DNA of 64,000 bases from Ferruginibacter sp. (GCA_039922055.1 JBDSAP010000065.1:360-64359); one strand, 5' to 3'. Positions 44,205-55,068 are shown, counted from the stretch's first letter. Numbers and translations are program-made. Notes: generated from the sequence alone by a model not told the origin.

Positions 44205-45935
44205 CTAAATATTTCCCTTTTTCATTTCGCTGAATGCAAAATCCGCGGCCCTTGCAGTGAGCGCCATATATGTAAGCGATGGATTCTGGCAGGCGCTTGA
44301 TGTCATGCAGGCGCCGTCGGTTACAAAAACATTCTTTGCATCCCAAACCTGGTTGTTGCCATTGAGCACAGAAGTTTTTTCATCTTTACCCATACGGGCA
44401 CTTCCCATTTCGTGAATGCCCTGGCCAATATTATAATCCTTGTCCCATGTTGTAATGTTTTTTACGCCAGCAATTTCAAACATCGCCACCAATTCCTTTA
44501 TGATGTCTTTGCGCATCTTCAGCTCGTTCTCTTTCAGTTCTGCATCCATTGTTAATACCGGCAGTCCCCATTTATCTTTCACTGTTTTATTCAATGAAAT
44601 TTTATTTTCATGATAAGGTAGTATTTCACCAAATCCTGTGGCGCCGATGGCCCAGCCACCGGGCTCAGTCAATGCTTCTTTAAATCCGGCGCCAATATTC
44701 ATTTCGGCAACATCCCTGCTCCAACCCTGGCGACTGGCGCTTCCCTGGTAACCGTAGCCACGAAGAAAATCACGCTTGTCGCCATACAAGTTTGCGAATC
44801 TTGTAATGTAAAATCCATTCGCCCTGCGGCCATAATAATAAGAGTCTTCAAAACCATCAACGGTACCCTGTGCACCCAGCATGTAATGATGATCCATGAT
44901 GTTGTGACCAAGTTCGCCACTGCTGCTGCCCAGGCCGTCGGGCCATACATCCGTTGCGGAATTCATTAATACCCAGGCGCTGTTCAATGCCGATGCATTC
45001 AGGAAAAGAAGTTTGGAATGGTACTCATAAGTTTTGTTTGATTCGGCATCGAGCACTTCAACACCTGTTGCCTTCTTTGTATTTTTATCATAAATGATTT
45101 TGGTAACGATGCTCCATGGCCGCACGGTTAAATTGCCGGTTGCTTGCGCAGCAGGCAAAGTAGAAGATTGCGTGCTAAAGTATCCACCAAAAGGGCAGCC
45201 TTCCCAGCAACGGTTCCTGAACTGGCATTTCGTTCTGCCGGGGATTGCTTGCGTAAGATTCGCAACACGACCGATAACCATGTGGCGCTCATTTTTAAAA
45301 GCAGATTTGATTCTTGCCGCAACATCTTTTTCTACAATATTGAGATCCATTGGTGGCAGGAATTGGCCGTCGGGCAGGTGCGCAAGGCCTTCCTTAGAAC
45401 CGCTAATGCCCGCGAATTTTTCTACATGATCATACCAGGGCGCAAGATCTTTATAACGTACCGGCCAGTCAACCGCGATACCGTCTTTTGCATTGGCCTC
45501 AAAGTCAATATCGCTCAAGCGATAACTCTGCCGGCCCCACAAAGTAGAGCGGCCACCTAACTGGTAACTGCGCCACCATGCAAAAGGTTTTTCCTGCACA
45601 TAAGGGCAGTCTTTTTCCTTCACCCACGAGTCCACAAGGGCTTCTTGAGCAGCGGTGCCATACATGGCCCAGTCTCTTGATATTACGGGGTTATCTTTTC
45701 TGTATTGCAGGGTTGCACGTCCGCGATGGTCAAATTCCCATGGGTCCTTGGTGGCTGTTTTATAATCTTTAACGTGTTCATAATTGCGTCCACGTTCAAG
45801 CATCAATACCTTCAACCCTCTTTCGGTCAATTCCTTTGCGGCCCATCCGCCGCTGATACCGCTGCCAATTACAATGGCGTCGTAGGTATTTTGAGTTACT
45901 GCTTTGTTGTTGATGTTGGTTGAATCGCCTGGCAT
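44205..45935 (-). CDS. GMC-family FAD-dependent oxidoreductase (sugar/glycoside dehydrogenase-like)
   Basis: FAD site YDAIVIGSGISGGWAAKEL. The C-terminal GMC region has the active-site His context GIHEMGSARMG and ends with ...NPSLTYMALTARAADF. Confidence 0.85.
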   Translation of the reverse strand: MPGDSTNINNKAVTQNTYDAIVIGSGISGGWAAKELTERGLKVLMLERGRNYEHVKDYKTATKDPWEFDHRGRATLQYRKDNPVISRDWAMYGTAAQEALVDSWVKEKDCPYVQEKPFAWWRSYQLGGRSTLWGRQSYRLSDIDFEANAKDGIAVDWPVRYKDLAPWYDHVEKFAGISGSKEGLAHLPDGQFLPPMDLNIVEKDVAARIKSAFKNERHMVIGRVANLTQAIPGRTKCQFRNRCWEGCPFGGYFSTQSSTLPAAQATGNLTVRPWSIVTKIIYDKNTKKATGVEVLDAESNKTYEYHSKLLFLNASALNSAWVLMNSATDVWPDGLGSSSGELGHNIMDHHYMLGAQGTVDGFEDSYYYGRRANGFYITRFANLYGDKRDFLRGYGYQGSASRQGWSRDVAEMNIGAGFKEALTEPGGWAIGATGFGEILPYHENKISLNKTVKDKWGLPVLTMDAELKENELKMRKDIIKELVAMFEIAGVKNITTWDKDYNIGQGIHEMGSARMGKDEKTSVLNGNNQVWDAKNVFVTDGACMTSSACQNPSLTYMALTARAADFAFSEMKKGNI

Positions 45936-46067
45936 ATCGTTTAATTTCTAAATGTGATTTAGGTAAGTGAATTTTGAGGCTATGAAATTATTGGAAAAAT
46001 AGCAGAAAATAAATTTAAAATTCAAATGAGAGGATTGATGGCAGCGTGCACATTTGGTTGGGATAAA

Positions 46068-46661
46068 TTATTGATCACAGAAATTGTCATTGTCTTTATC
46101 TTCTGTCCAGTTATATTCAATTTCAAAGGCAACCTTTCTTGCAAATTTTATCCCATGCAGGTCACTTAAAAAGCCCAGTATCATATCCATGCCCGCGCTC
46201 ACGCCGGAAGATGTATAAAATTTATCATCAACTGTCCATCGTGCTTTTTTCAGCCATTTTACATTTTCACCAGTGGTGATTACCCAGGCAAACGCTTTCT
46301 TGTTGGAGGTTGCTATTTTATCGTCGAGCAGGCCGGTCTTTGCAAGCAGGGCGCTTCCTGTACAAACAGTAAACACATACCGGCTGATTGTAGATATTTG
46401 CCTGATCGCATCAATGAGTAAACTGTTATTGATCTCTATGCGGGTTCCATATCCACCCGGAATTAAAAATATATCTACCCCATTATTTATCTCTTCCAGC
46501 GATTCAGTAGAAATTATTACACCGTGGCTATTCTTAATTTTTCCACCGGTGAGGGAGTAAAACTTAATGGAGTAAAATTGTTTTAAACGTCCGAGAATTT
46601 CAACAGGGCCAAATACATCTAATGTTTCAAAGTCTTCAAAAAGTAACACGCCTACTTTCAT
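46068..46661 (-). CDS. DJ-1/PfpI-family protein (class I glutamine amidotransferase-like fold)
   Basis: 197 aa. The nucleophile-elbow Cys is in VFTVCTGSALLA. The N-terminus MKVGVLLFEDFETLDVFGP is typical. Confidence 0.85.
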   Translation of the reverse strand: MKVGVLLFEDFETLDVFGPVEILGRLKQFYSIKFYSLTGGKIKNSHGVIISTESLEEINNGVDIFLIPGGYGTRIEINNSLLIDAIRQISTISRYVFTVCTGSALLAKTGLLDDKIATSNKKAFAWVITTGENVKWLKKARWTVDDKFYTSSGVSAGMDMILGFLSDLHGIKFARKVAFEIEYNWTEDKDNDNFCDQ

Positions 46662-46718
46662 ACTATGGATTTAAATGGTGGTTCATTTTCATACCGGCTT
46701 GCACCCCTTTAAAAGCGT

Positions 46719-47513
46719 TCAATTACCTGCTTCATTCAGAAATTGCTCTATTAATTGAAGTGAATAATCCTGTGTCCATTTGCCATCTGTCAATGTTGTT
46801 ATTTCACCAATACATTTTCCATGCTCGCCGGGAATAACTGCGAGCTGGCAATGTGGGATTAAGCGAGACATTGCCACGGCATGTTCCGCAAGCACAACGT
46901 CCGCATCTCCTAGCATCAACAATGCAGGTGCAGTAATCAATTGGAGATCATTATCGCTCCAATCTTTAAATGTCCGCATTCGATGAGCATCTTTATTAAA
47001 CATGTTGAGGAGCGCCGCCGGATCATTGTTCACTTTTAAAAACTCATCTTTGAAAGCCTGCGGCATATCGCCGAATGTCGCGTTTTCCATTGCTTGCCAG
47101 AACCAGGCAGGCATGCCTTCTCTTTTGAAAAATGCTGAAACGATTACCAGCCTGCGAACTTTTTCAGGATGCCTGATGGCTACCTGCATCGCTGTACTGC
47201 CGCCGTTACTGAAACCGAGAATATCGGCGCCGGTGATGTTGAGTTGGTTGAGCAGTCCGGCTACATCATCGGCATCTTGTTCGAAACTTTCCGGTGTGTC
47301 TCTATCGGATGTGCGTCCGTGCGCCTGCAACTCTACCGCAATCACCAGGTGTGTTTGGGCGAGCAGTGGTAATATTTTTCCGAAGCTTGTTGTAATGGTT
47401 GATCCACCGCCATGTATCAGCACTAACGGATGGCCGGCTCCATGTATCTCGTAATACATATTGATTCCATTTACAAGGGAATGCGCAGATTTAAAGGACG
47501 GAGTATTTTCCAT
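46719..47513 (-). CDS. alpha/beta-fold hydrolase
   Basis: Oxyanion region LVLIHGGGS, nucleophile elbow LGFSNGG, and a C-terminal His in PGEHGKC. Confidence 0.85.
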   Translation of the reverse strand: MENTPSFKSAHSLVNGINMYYEIHGAGHPLVLIHGGGSTITTSFGKILPLLAQTHLVIAVELQAHGRTSDRDTPESFEQDADDVAGLLNQLNITGADILGFSNGGSTAMQVAIRHPEKVRRLVIVSAFFKREGMPAWFWQAMENATFGDMPQAFKDEFLKVNNDPAALLNMFNKDAHRMRTFKDWSDNDLQLITAPALLMLGDADVVLAEHAVAMSRLIPHCQLAVIPGEHGKCIGEITTLTDGKWTQDYSLQLIEQFLNEAGN

Positions 47514-47633
47514 TTGCTTGTATAATTATGGATATGATCTTTCGAAATTATTTAAAAAAAGATCTGTACAAATTTTAATTGCATTCTCTTATTTCTACTT
47601 TGACAAGTCAAACCTTTGTGTCTTTTTGTTGAC

Positions 47634-47698
47634 CAGCAGATGTTTTTTATGGCGGCATCGTTGTGTCACTCACTTGTACTGTATTTTTTCATGGCATC
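47634..47698 (+). repeat. dispersed TTTTT(T)ATGGCGGCATCGTTGTGTCACTCACTTGTAC element plus a partial second copy
   Basis: CAGCAGATGTTTTTTATGGCGGCATCGTTGTGTCACTCACTTGTACTGTAT is followed by TTTTTCATGGCATC. Confidence 0.75.
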
Positions 47699-47777
47699 TT
47701 TTTCGTTCCATAATTAAACTATCGTAACCGCGAGCTACTTTTTTTTAAATATGTCAAAGTAGAATTAAAGGCGAAAA

Positions 47778-48437
47778 TCAATCCGCGGGTTTTAAAATGG
47801 GGGTTTTTAATTGCTGGGTTTTCCAGTGTTCGCTTCTGTTGCTGTAAACTATTTTATTGAATGCATATTTGAATTTAAAAAAATCACCATAATCTACTTT
47901 ATACGTTCTGAAATTTATCTCGGTGTTTTGGCTAAGGCATTCTTCTATTGCCTCGGTGTAAACAGTGGGGCCAGTCATTTTATGTACGTCGTGTGGAAAC
48001 CTGTTTTGTTGTAAATTATCAATTACTTTTTCCATTGTTTTTGCTAAAAATGGATGGCCCGCATTATATATCAAAGCCCATTGTGCGTAAAGCCCGGGAT
48101 GGCCTTCCCTGGCAATAATGGCTTCGTCATCAGGCTTAATCAGACCGTCTAAATTTTTTTTTATCAAACTGTCAATATCAAGGTAAACACCGCCTTTTTT
48201 GTAAAGTATGGCATACCTGAAAAAATCTGCTTTTGCCGCCCCAATATTAATGCGTTTATACAATTTCAATATCTCATCGCCATATGCTTCTTCCAAAAAG
48301 GTTTCTATTGCTGCATCATCATAAAATTCATATCGGTACGAAGAGTTTTTTTTTCTGAATTTGTTTATATGTATTTTGGTAAGCCAGGGTAGTTTATTTG
48401 TTTTAAAAGTTTGATAAATCACTTTAGGGATGGCCAT
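47778..48437 (-). CDS. GT32-type glycosyltransferase (Gly_transf_sug / OCH1-like, DXD)
   Basis: The likely start is M19 at 48437 (MAIPKVIYQTFKT). Motifs FRYAILYKKGGVYLDIDS are present. Confidence 0.75.
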   Translation of the reverse strand: MAIPKVIYQTFKTNKLPWLTKIHINKFRKKNSSYRYEFYDDAAIETFLEEAYGDEILKLYKRINIGAAKADFFRYAILYKKGGVYLDIDSLIKKNLDGLIKPDDEAIIAREGHPGLYAQWALIYNAGHPFLAKTMEKVIDNLQQNRFPHDVHKMTGPTVYTEAIEECLSQNTEINFRTYKVDYGDFFKFKYAFNKIVYSNRSEHWKTQQLKTPILKPAD

Positions 48438-48559
48438 AAAATTATATTGATTTAATGCTTTAAAGAGGGGGTTGGATAAGGGCAAATGCAAGTGTTATTT
48501 TATAAATAGCCAACTCCAATAACAGTGCCTATTTGTATATATTTTACTAACCAGTGTTC

Positions 48560-50362
48560 CTAATTAATCTCCTGCATCTCAACCAGTTTTTTATAAAAAC
48601 CATCTTTTGCCATCAGTACTTCATGCGTTCCACTTTCTATAATTTCACCATATTGTAAAACAATAATTTCATCAGCATTTCTAATAGTACTGAGGCGATG
48701 GGCAATTACCAGCGATGTTCTGTCATGCATCAGGTTGATGATAGCATCCTGCACCAGCCTTTCGCTTTCGGTATCAAGTGATGAAGTTGCCTCATCCAAT
48801 ATCAATATGGGTGGATTTTGCAAAACAGCTCTTGCAATGGTTACACGCTGACGTTCGCCGCCACTTAATTTCATTCCCCGGTCACCGATATTAGTATTAT
48901 ACCCATTCTCTTTTTTAAGAATAAAATCATGTGCATTGGCAATTTTTGCTGCATGAGTGATCGTTTCTTCCGACGCATTAATATCTCCCAATGCGATGTT
49001 ATTGCCGATGGTATCGTTAAATAAAATAGCCTCCTGCGTTACAATACTCATTTGTTTACGCAAGGAGTCAATAGTAAAGTCTTTGATGTTTACACCATCC
49101 AGCAAAATTTCGCCAGACACCACATCATGAAACCGCGGGATTAAATCAGCCAGTGTAGATTTGCCGGCACCGGATGAACCAACCAATGCAATCGTTTTAC
49201 CTTTCTTAATAGTAAAACTGATATTCTTTAAAACAGCTTTGTCCTCGTAGTTAAAGGAAATATTTTTAAATTCAATTGAATTTTGAAAACCGGTTAACAC
49301 AGTGGCGTTGGGTTTTTCTTCTACCTGTATCGGCGCATTAAGTACTTCCTCAATTCTTTCTACCGCACCCATTCCTTTTTGTAAATTAGAAATGGTGGTA
49401 GAAAATGTTTTGGCCGGATTTATTATCATGGCAAATAATAAAATAAATGCCAGTAAATCGCCACCAGTAAGTAAGTGATCTGCGCTAAAAACATACCTGC
49501 CGCCAATATATAAAATGGTACATAACACAGCTACACCTAACACTTCTGTAACAGGGCTGGCCAGGTCGCGGCGTAGCGTCATTTTATTCAGGATATGAAA
49601 TAATTTGTCATTGCCTTCACTGAATTTATCCAGCATTCTTTTTTCAGCAGTAAATGCTTTTACCACTTTAATACTACTCAATGTTTCTTCTACATGTGAA
49701 ATGTTTTCGCCGTTAGCAACCGAATATTCGGTTGATTGTTTTTTTAACCGCTTACTTATTTTGCCAATCAGTAAACCGGTAACCGGTAAAAATATTAGCA
49801 GAAACAATGAAAGTTCCGGGCTCAATAAAATCATAGAAATCAGGAAGGAAATAATCATTAACGGGTCCTTGGCCAAACCTTCCAATGCAGAAAAAATAGA
49901 GCCTTGTACTTCACCAATATCGCCAATCATACGGCTCATAATATCTCCCTTTCTTTGCTCCGTAAAATAGCCTACCGGTAATTGTAAAATCTTTTTATAC
50001 ATCCGTAACCTGAAATCTGCCAATATCTGGCTTCGCAATGGAGTAGCTACTTTTAAGGCCAAATAATAAAAAATGTTTTTTAGCAAGATGGCAACAACGA
50101 TAACAATACATATAATACCGAGTGCATATAATGGACCACTGTCATTTACAAGCAATTGAAAAAAATCATTGAATCTGCCGAGGGATTTTGATTGTACGTT
50201 TGGTAAATTATTATCGCCTTTAAAAATGATGTTCATAAAAGGCGCCAGCGAATTGATGGAAAGCAGCGAGAATATCGTAGAAACAATGGTGTAAAAAAGG
50301 TAAAGCGCCAGTTTATTTCCGGGGATATGGATGTACTTAAATATTCTAAAAAAATTCTTCAT
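48560..50362 (-). CDS. ABC exporter, fused permease/ATPase (MsbA-like)
   Basis: Six N-terminal TM helices. Walker A GSSGAGKST, signature LSGGERQR, Walker B ILILDEATSSLD. Confidence 0.9.
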   Translation of the reverse strand: MKNFFRIFKYIHIPGNKLALYLFYTIVSTIFSLLSINSLAPFMNIIFKGDNNLPNVQSKSLGRFNDFFQLLVNDSGPLYALGIICIVIVVAILLKNIFYYLALKVATPLRSQILADFRLRMYKKILQLPVGYFTEQRKGDIMSRMIGDIGEVQGSIFSALEGLAKDPLMIISFLISMILLSPELSLFLLIFLPVTGLLIGKISKRLKKQSTEYSVANGENISHVEETLSSIKVVKAFTAEKRMLDKFSEGNDKLFHILNKMTLRRDLASPVTEVLGVAVLCTILYIGGRYVFSADHLLTGGDLLAFILLFAMIINPAKTFSTTISNLQKGMGAVERIEEVLNAPIQVEEKPNATVLTGFQNSIEFKNISFNYEDKAVLKNISFTIKKGKTIALVGSSGAGKSTLADLIPRFHDVVSGEILLDGVNIKDFTIDSLRKQMSIVTQEAILFNDTIGNNIALGDINASEETITHAAKIANAHDFILKKENGYNTNIGDRGMKLSGGERQRVTIARAVLQNPPILILDEATSSLDTESERLVQDAIINLMHDRTSLVIAHRLSTIRNADEIIVLQYGEIIESGTHEVLMAKDGFYKKLVEMQEIN

Positions 50363-50454
50363 TGATTACAGCGGCTTCTTTTTAAAATAAAGCTGGCTGC
50401 AAATTTACTTGAATAATAAAGAAATTGGGCGATTGAACGGTTTATAATTAATGC

Positions 50455-51771
50455 TTATAATTTCTTAAGCATATCTACAACGCCTTCATTTTTCAGTATC
50501 AGGTAACCTAACCGGTCGTTGCTGATGCCATTTTTTAGTTGGTAGTTAAATTTCAGCTGGTCGCCTGTTACCTGTGTTTCAAAATAGTTGAAAGTGATGT
50601 TGGGGTATTGTTTTAAGCCTTCACCTATTTCATACAAATGAGTAGATAATATAAAAAGTGAGTTCTGAATTTTTATTAAACCTTCAATAACAGTTGAAGA
50701 ACATTTCATGGCATCTTCCACATTGGTTCCTTTAAATAACTCATCTATTAATATCAGCCATTTTCTGCCGTCAGATACTTTGGTAACGGTTGCTTTTATT
50801 CGCTGTACTTCATTATAGAAAAAGCTTTCGCCTTTTGAAATATTATCTGCCACATTGATATTGCTCAGCAAACCATCAAAAAGGCTGAGCCTCATATTTG
50901 CTGCAGGAACAGCCATACCCATGTGTGCAAGAAAAACTGCTGTACCCACCGATTTAATAAAAGTGCTTTTGCCCGCCATATTGGCCCCTGTTAAAAAAAG
51001 AAAGTTGCAGGAAGGGTCTAAAACAATATCATAGCCCACAGGTTTTTGCAGTAAAACATGATACAATCCATTGGCTTGCAACAAAGGAATATCAACGTTG
51101 ATAAATTCGGGAAAATGAAGACCATATTCATTTATCGCCTGTGCCATTCCATGCCAGGCATCCAGCTGGAAGTAGATGTCGAGCAATTCACGCATATTAT
51201 TTTTATAATGATGCCTTAAAAACCTGGCTAAATGCAATACTTGCACTACCGTAAGTTCCGATGCTTTTTCATTTGCTGAAATAATTTCAAACTGTTGCTT
51301 ATTTATTATATGAGTAGCCGCCTTTAATATTTTTTGTAATGGGGCAGGACAATCATTGGTTAAAAAATGATTGATCAGTATTTGCATTCCTTTTATAAAA
51401 TCAAATGCGTGCCCAACAGAATATTCAACCAAAGAGTAATCGGGCTTGTGAAAAGTTTTATATGTAAATGCACTTACAATTGAGGGGTTTGCAGGGATAT
51501 CATCAATGGTACTGAGGTAAAATTTTTCTATCATTAGTACTGAACCGTTGCTGATTTGCGTTGGCCAGTGATCGAGATTTTTTAAAATAAGTTTGAGTGT
51601 TTCCTGTATACCCGTTATTGCTTCAATTGTATTTAATGGCTTAATGAAATTGTCATATAGCTTTTCACTACCGCCTACTGTGCGGCATAAATTCACCTTA
51701 TTAAATACAGAGAAGTCGTCATCTGACATTAAAATTGAAAGATCGGCTAAGGTAATTTTGTCTATTTCCAT
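50455..51771 (-). CDS. MutS-related ATPase lacking the mismatch-binding N-domain
   Basis: The likely start is M8 at 51771. Walker A is LTGANMAGKSTFIKSVG and Walker B is ILIDELFKGTN. STHLYE is also present. There is no domain I. Confidence 0.8.
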   Translation of the reverse strand: MEIDKITLADLSILMSDDDFSVFNKVNLCRTVGGSEKLYDNFIKPLNTIEAITGIQETLKLILKNLDHWPTQISNGSVLMIEKFYLSTIDDIPANPSIVSAFTYKTFHKPDYSLVEYSVGHAFDFIKGMQILINHFLTNDCPAPLQKILKAATHIINKQQFEIISANEKASELTVVQVLHLARFLRHHYKNNMRELLDIYFQLDAWHGMAQAINEYGLHFPEFINVDIPLLQANGLYHVLLQKPVGYDIVLDPSCNFLFLTGANMAGKSTFIKSVGTAVFLAHMGMAVPAANMRLSLFDGLLSNINVADNISKGESFFYNEVQRIKATVTKVSDGRKWLILIDELFKGTNVEDAMKCSSTVIEGLIKIQNSLFILSTHLYEIGEGLKQYPNITFNYFETQVTGDQLKFNYQLKNGISNDRLGYLILKNEGVVDMLKKL

Positions 51772-51907
51772 ATTATAGCACCTGAAACCCAATATAGGTA
51801 AGGCTTTAAGCTTTTTAATTTTATTTCAGCTATATTAAAATTATAGCAAATGATATTCAAAAGCAATGTTGGTGCTTTGCACTATTACATAACTATTTAA
51901 AGTAAAA

Positions 51908-53257
51908 CTAACGGATGCCCGGCATAAATTTCAATCGTTGCCCTTTATTAGATTCATTCCACCCATCTTTTCCATACACAAGGTTTCCATTTACAAATGT
52001 TTGCTCAATACTTGCCGGAAAATTGAAACCTTCCAGTGGGCTCCAGCCGCATTTGTAAAGAATGTTTTCCTTTTGTACAAGGGTTGATTTATTTAAGTCC
52101 ACAATCGCCAGGTCGGCATAATAACCTTCTCGGATATAGCCTCTTTCTTTAATTTGAAAACATTCAGCAACTGCATGACTCATTTTTTCAACTATTTTTT
52201 CAAGGCTTATCTTTCCTTCTTTGTAATAATGAAGCATCAACAGCAAAGGATGTTGCACCAATGGCAAACCGGCATGCGCATGTTCATAATCACCTTCTTT
52301 TTCTGAAAGCAAATGTGGGGCATGATCGGTAGCAATTACATCTAACCGATCGTCCAGTAATGCTTCCCAAAGTGCGGCTTTGTTATGAGGTGCTTTAATT
52401 GCCGGGTTACATTTTATTTTATAGCCAAGGGTTTCATAATCATCAGCAGTAAAATGCAGGTGATGTACACACACTTCAGTTGTAATTCTTTTTTCTTTCA
52501 ACGGAAGCATATTACTAAACAATGCCAGTTCTTTTGCGGTACTGATATGAAGAATGTGCAATCGTGTATTGTATTTTTTTGCAATTTGTATGGCACCCAA
52601 AGAAGATTCAAAACATCCATTATCATCTCTAACCAATGGGTGGTCGGCGGGTGACAAAGTGCCTTTTTCTTTTTTAAGTCTTTCGTAATTCGATTTTATG
52701 ATGGATTCATCTTCGCAATGAGTGGCAATCAGTAATTCTGATTCACTGAACATTTTTTCCAGTGTATTATAATTATCCACCAGCATATTACCGGTACTGG
52801 CACCCATAAATATTTTTACACCACAAATATCTTCTTTAAAATTATTTGATTTTAAAGCTTCATCCGCATTGGTGTTGCTAACGCCCATATAAAAGCTATA
52901 ATTGGCCAATGAAGTATTTGCTGCAAGCCGGTATTTATCTTCCAGCAATTCTAATGTCAGCGCATTTGGAATGGTGTTGGGCATTTCCATAAAACTGGTA
53001 ACACCACCTGCAACCGCAGCTTTGCTTTCTGTATAGATGTTGGCTTTATGTGTAAGGCCGGGTTCCCTGAAATGCACCTGGTCGTCAATTACACCGGGCA
53101 ATAAATGTTTGCCTTCACCATTAATCTCAATCACATTTTCCTTGCTGTTAATGGTTGGCACTATTTTTTCAATACGTTCACCGGCAATCAAAATATCGGC
53201 AATTTCAATTTTACCTTCATTTACTACCTGAATGTTTTTAATAAGATACTTTTGCAT
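51908..53257 (-). CDS. pyrC: dihydroorotase (amidohydrolase superfamily)
   Basis: Metal ligands are in PGVIDDQVHFREPG. ATDHAPH is also present. The approximately 449-aa length is typical of Bacteroidota dihydroorotase. Confidence 0.8.
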   Translation of the reverse strand: MQKYLIKNIQVVNEGKIEIADILIAGERIEKIVPTINSKENVIEINGEGKHLLPGVIDDQVHFREPGLTHKANIYTESKAAVAGGVTSFMEMPNTIPNALTLELLEDKYRLAANTSLANYSFYMGVSNTNADEALKSNNFKEDICGVKIFMGASTGNMLVDNYNTLEKMFSESELLIATHCEDESIIKSNYERLKKEKGTLSPADHPLVRDDNGCFESSLGAIQIAKKYNTRLHILHISTAKELALFSNMLPLKEKRITTEVCVHHLHFTADDYETLGYKIKCNPAIKAPHNKAALWEALLDDRLDVIATDHAPHLLSEKEGDYEHAHAGLPLVQHPLLLMLHYYKEGKISLEKIVEKMSHAVAECFQIKERGYIREGYYADLAIVDLNKSTLVQKENILYKCGWSPLEGFNFPASIEQTFVNGNLVYGKDGWNESNKGQRLKFMPGIR

Positions 53258-53298
53258 AAATTGAAATATAAAGTCTTTTGTACAATCAAATAATTACA

Positions 53299-55011
53299 AT
53301 GCAAATTATTAAAACCTTATTCAAACTACTTGTTTTTATTTGTCCATTTTTTGCGACAGCACAATCTACCTATCTTCCGCAGGGAGATAAAGGCTACCAA
53401 TTTATAGACAGGCTGGAAATAAAACAGCAAACCAATACCGATCTCAACTATTCTACGCTGAAGCCATACAGCCGGAAATTTATCGTAAGAGAGGTTGAAT
53501 ACCTTGATAGCGTTCGCAGGGCAGAAAGCTCCGGTGTTAATACCGGGCTAAAAGTGTATCCGAACCTTACTAAAATAGATGAGTATAACATGAATGGTTT
53601 GTTGATGAACAACTCCGAATGGGTTACCGGATCGAAAGAAAGTTTTATCAGCCGAAGACCCGTTTTAAAATCATTTTATAAAAACAAGGCAAACCTGCTG
53701 GAAGTAAATACAAAAGATTTTTTCCTGGCCATTAACCCAATGTTGAATGTGCATGCAGGTAAATCGAATGGCAGTGATGACCTGATGTACCTGAATACAA
53801 GAGGTGTAAATGTACGTGGTATGATTGCCAATAAAATTGGATTTTATACCAGTATTACCGACAACCAGGAAAGGGGACCGGCATTCTTTCAGCAACGGGT
53901 AGCCGATTTTAGAGCCGTTCCCGGGAATGGGTTTTATAAAACCTTCAAAGGAAATGGGGTAGATTATTTTGACGCAAGAGGCTATATCACTTTTAATGCA
54001 GCCAAATACATCGATGTACAATTTGGGTATGATAAAAATTTTATTGGCAATGGTTACCGAAGCCTGTTCCTGAGCGATTATGGAAACAGTAACCTGTTTT
54101 TAAAGTTGAACACAAAAATCTGGAAGTTCAATTACCAGAATCTATTTATGGAGCTTGAGCCGCAGTTTATTAAACGAAGCGATACGTTACTCGACAGGAA
54201 ATATGCAGCGATGCATCACCTGAGTATTAACCTTACCAAGTGGTTGAATGTAGGTTTATTTGAAGGCATCATCTTTGGCCGTAAAAATCATTTCGACTTT
54301 CAATACATGAACCCGATTATTTTTTATCGCCATATTGAAGGAACGATTGGCAGCCCCGATAATGCATTGGCAGGGTTTGACTTTAAAGCAAATGTGGCGC
54401 ATACTTTACAGTTCTACGGCCAGTTTTTGTTAGATGAATTTAAACTGAGCCAGATAAAAGCCAACACTGGTTGGTGGGCCAACAAATGGGGATTGCAAAT
54501 GGGCGCTAAATACATTGATGCTTTCACCATACCTAATCTTGATTTGCAATTTGAAATAAACAGGGTTAGGCCATTTACTTATTCTCACAATTCAACCATT
54601 GCCAATTATACACATTACAATCAACCACTGGCCCATCCCTTGGGAGCCAACTTCCAGGAGTTTATCGGCATTGCAAAATATCAGCCGGCACCTAAATGGT
54701 ATTTAAGTGCTAAATTAATTTACTACAAACAGGGACTTGATAGCTTGAATGGCAGGAATTATGGTGGAAACATATTCTTAGATAACAATTCAAGAATGGG
54801 TGATTATGGATATTCGATTGGTGGAGGAAATAAAGCTACCTGTTTTAATAGCTTGTTTCAATTATCATACGAAGTAAGGGAGAATTTATACCTTGATTTA
54901 TCAGGCCAGTTCCGGGCTTATAAAGTTGAAAATATTGCTCCCCGAACAAATACATCACTTGTTACGGCAGGCATACGCTGGAATATGTTTAAACGGGAAT
55001 ATGATTATTAA
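53299..55011 (+). CDS. outer-membrane beta-barrel protein (Wzi/RemB-like), function uncertain
   Basis: ATG at 53299 with signal peptide MQIIKTLFKLLVFICPFFATAQ. The body shows alternating aromatic/beta patterning and ends in an aromatic-rich C-terminus. Confidence 0.5.
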   Translation: MQIIKTLFKLLVFICPFFATAQSTYLPQGDKGYQFIDRLEIKQQTNTDLNYSTLKPYSRKFIVREVEYLDSVRRAESSGVNTGLKVYPNLTKIDEYNMNGLLMNNSEWVTGSKESFISRRPVLKSFYKNKANLLEVNTKDFFLAINPMLNVHAGKSNGSDDLMYLNTRGVNVRGMIANKIGFYTSITDNQERGPAFFQQRVADFRAVPGNGFYKTFKGNGVDYFDARGYITFNAAKYIDVQFGYDKNFIGNGYRSLFLSDYGNSNLFLKLNTKIWKFNYQNLFMELEPQFIKRSDTLLDRKYAAMHHLSINLTKWLNVGLFEGIIFGRKNHFDFQYMNPIIFYRHIEGTIGSPDNALAGFDFKANVAHTLQFYGQFLLDEFKLSQIKANTGWWANKWGLQMGAKYIDAFTIPNLDLQFEINRVRPFTYSHNSTIANYTHYNQPLAHPLGANFQEFIGIAKYQPAPKWYLSAKLIYYKQGLDSLNGRNYGGNIFLDNNSRMGDYGYSIGGGNKATCFNSLFQLSYEVRENLYLDLSGQFRAYKVENIAPRTNTSLVTAGIRWNMFKREYDY

Positions 55012-55033
55012 AAAAGTTAGTTCTACTAATAAT

Positions 55034-55068
55034 AAAAAAACTGCGGCTTCTTATGCCGCAGTTTTTTG
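55034..55068. terminator. bidirectional intrinsic terminator
   Basis: AAAAAAA-CTGCGGC-ttcttat-GCCGCAG-TTTTTTG. It lies 23 nt after the stop at 55011. Confidence 0.8.

Noticed and set aside
50455-51771. MutS-like ATPase next to an ABC exporter, considered as a possible defence or novel system
   Set aside because: From memory, domain-I-less MutS paralogues of about 440 aa are widespread conserved genes in Bacteroidota. The neighbours (MsbA-like, GT32, dihydroorotase) look like ordinary housekeeping genes with no nuclease or sensor partners.
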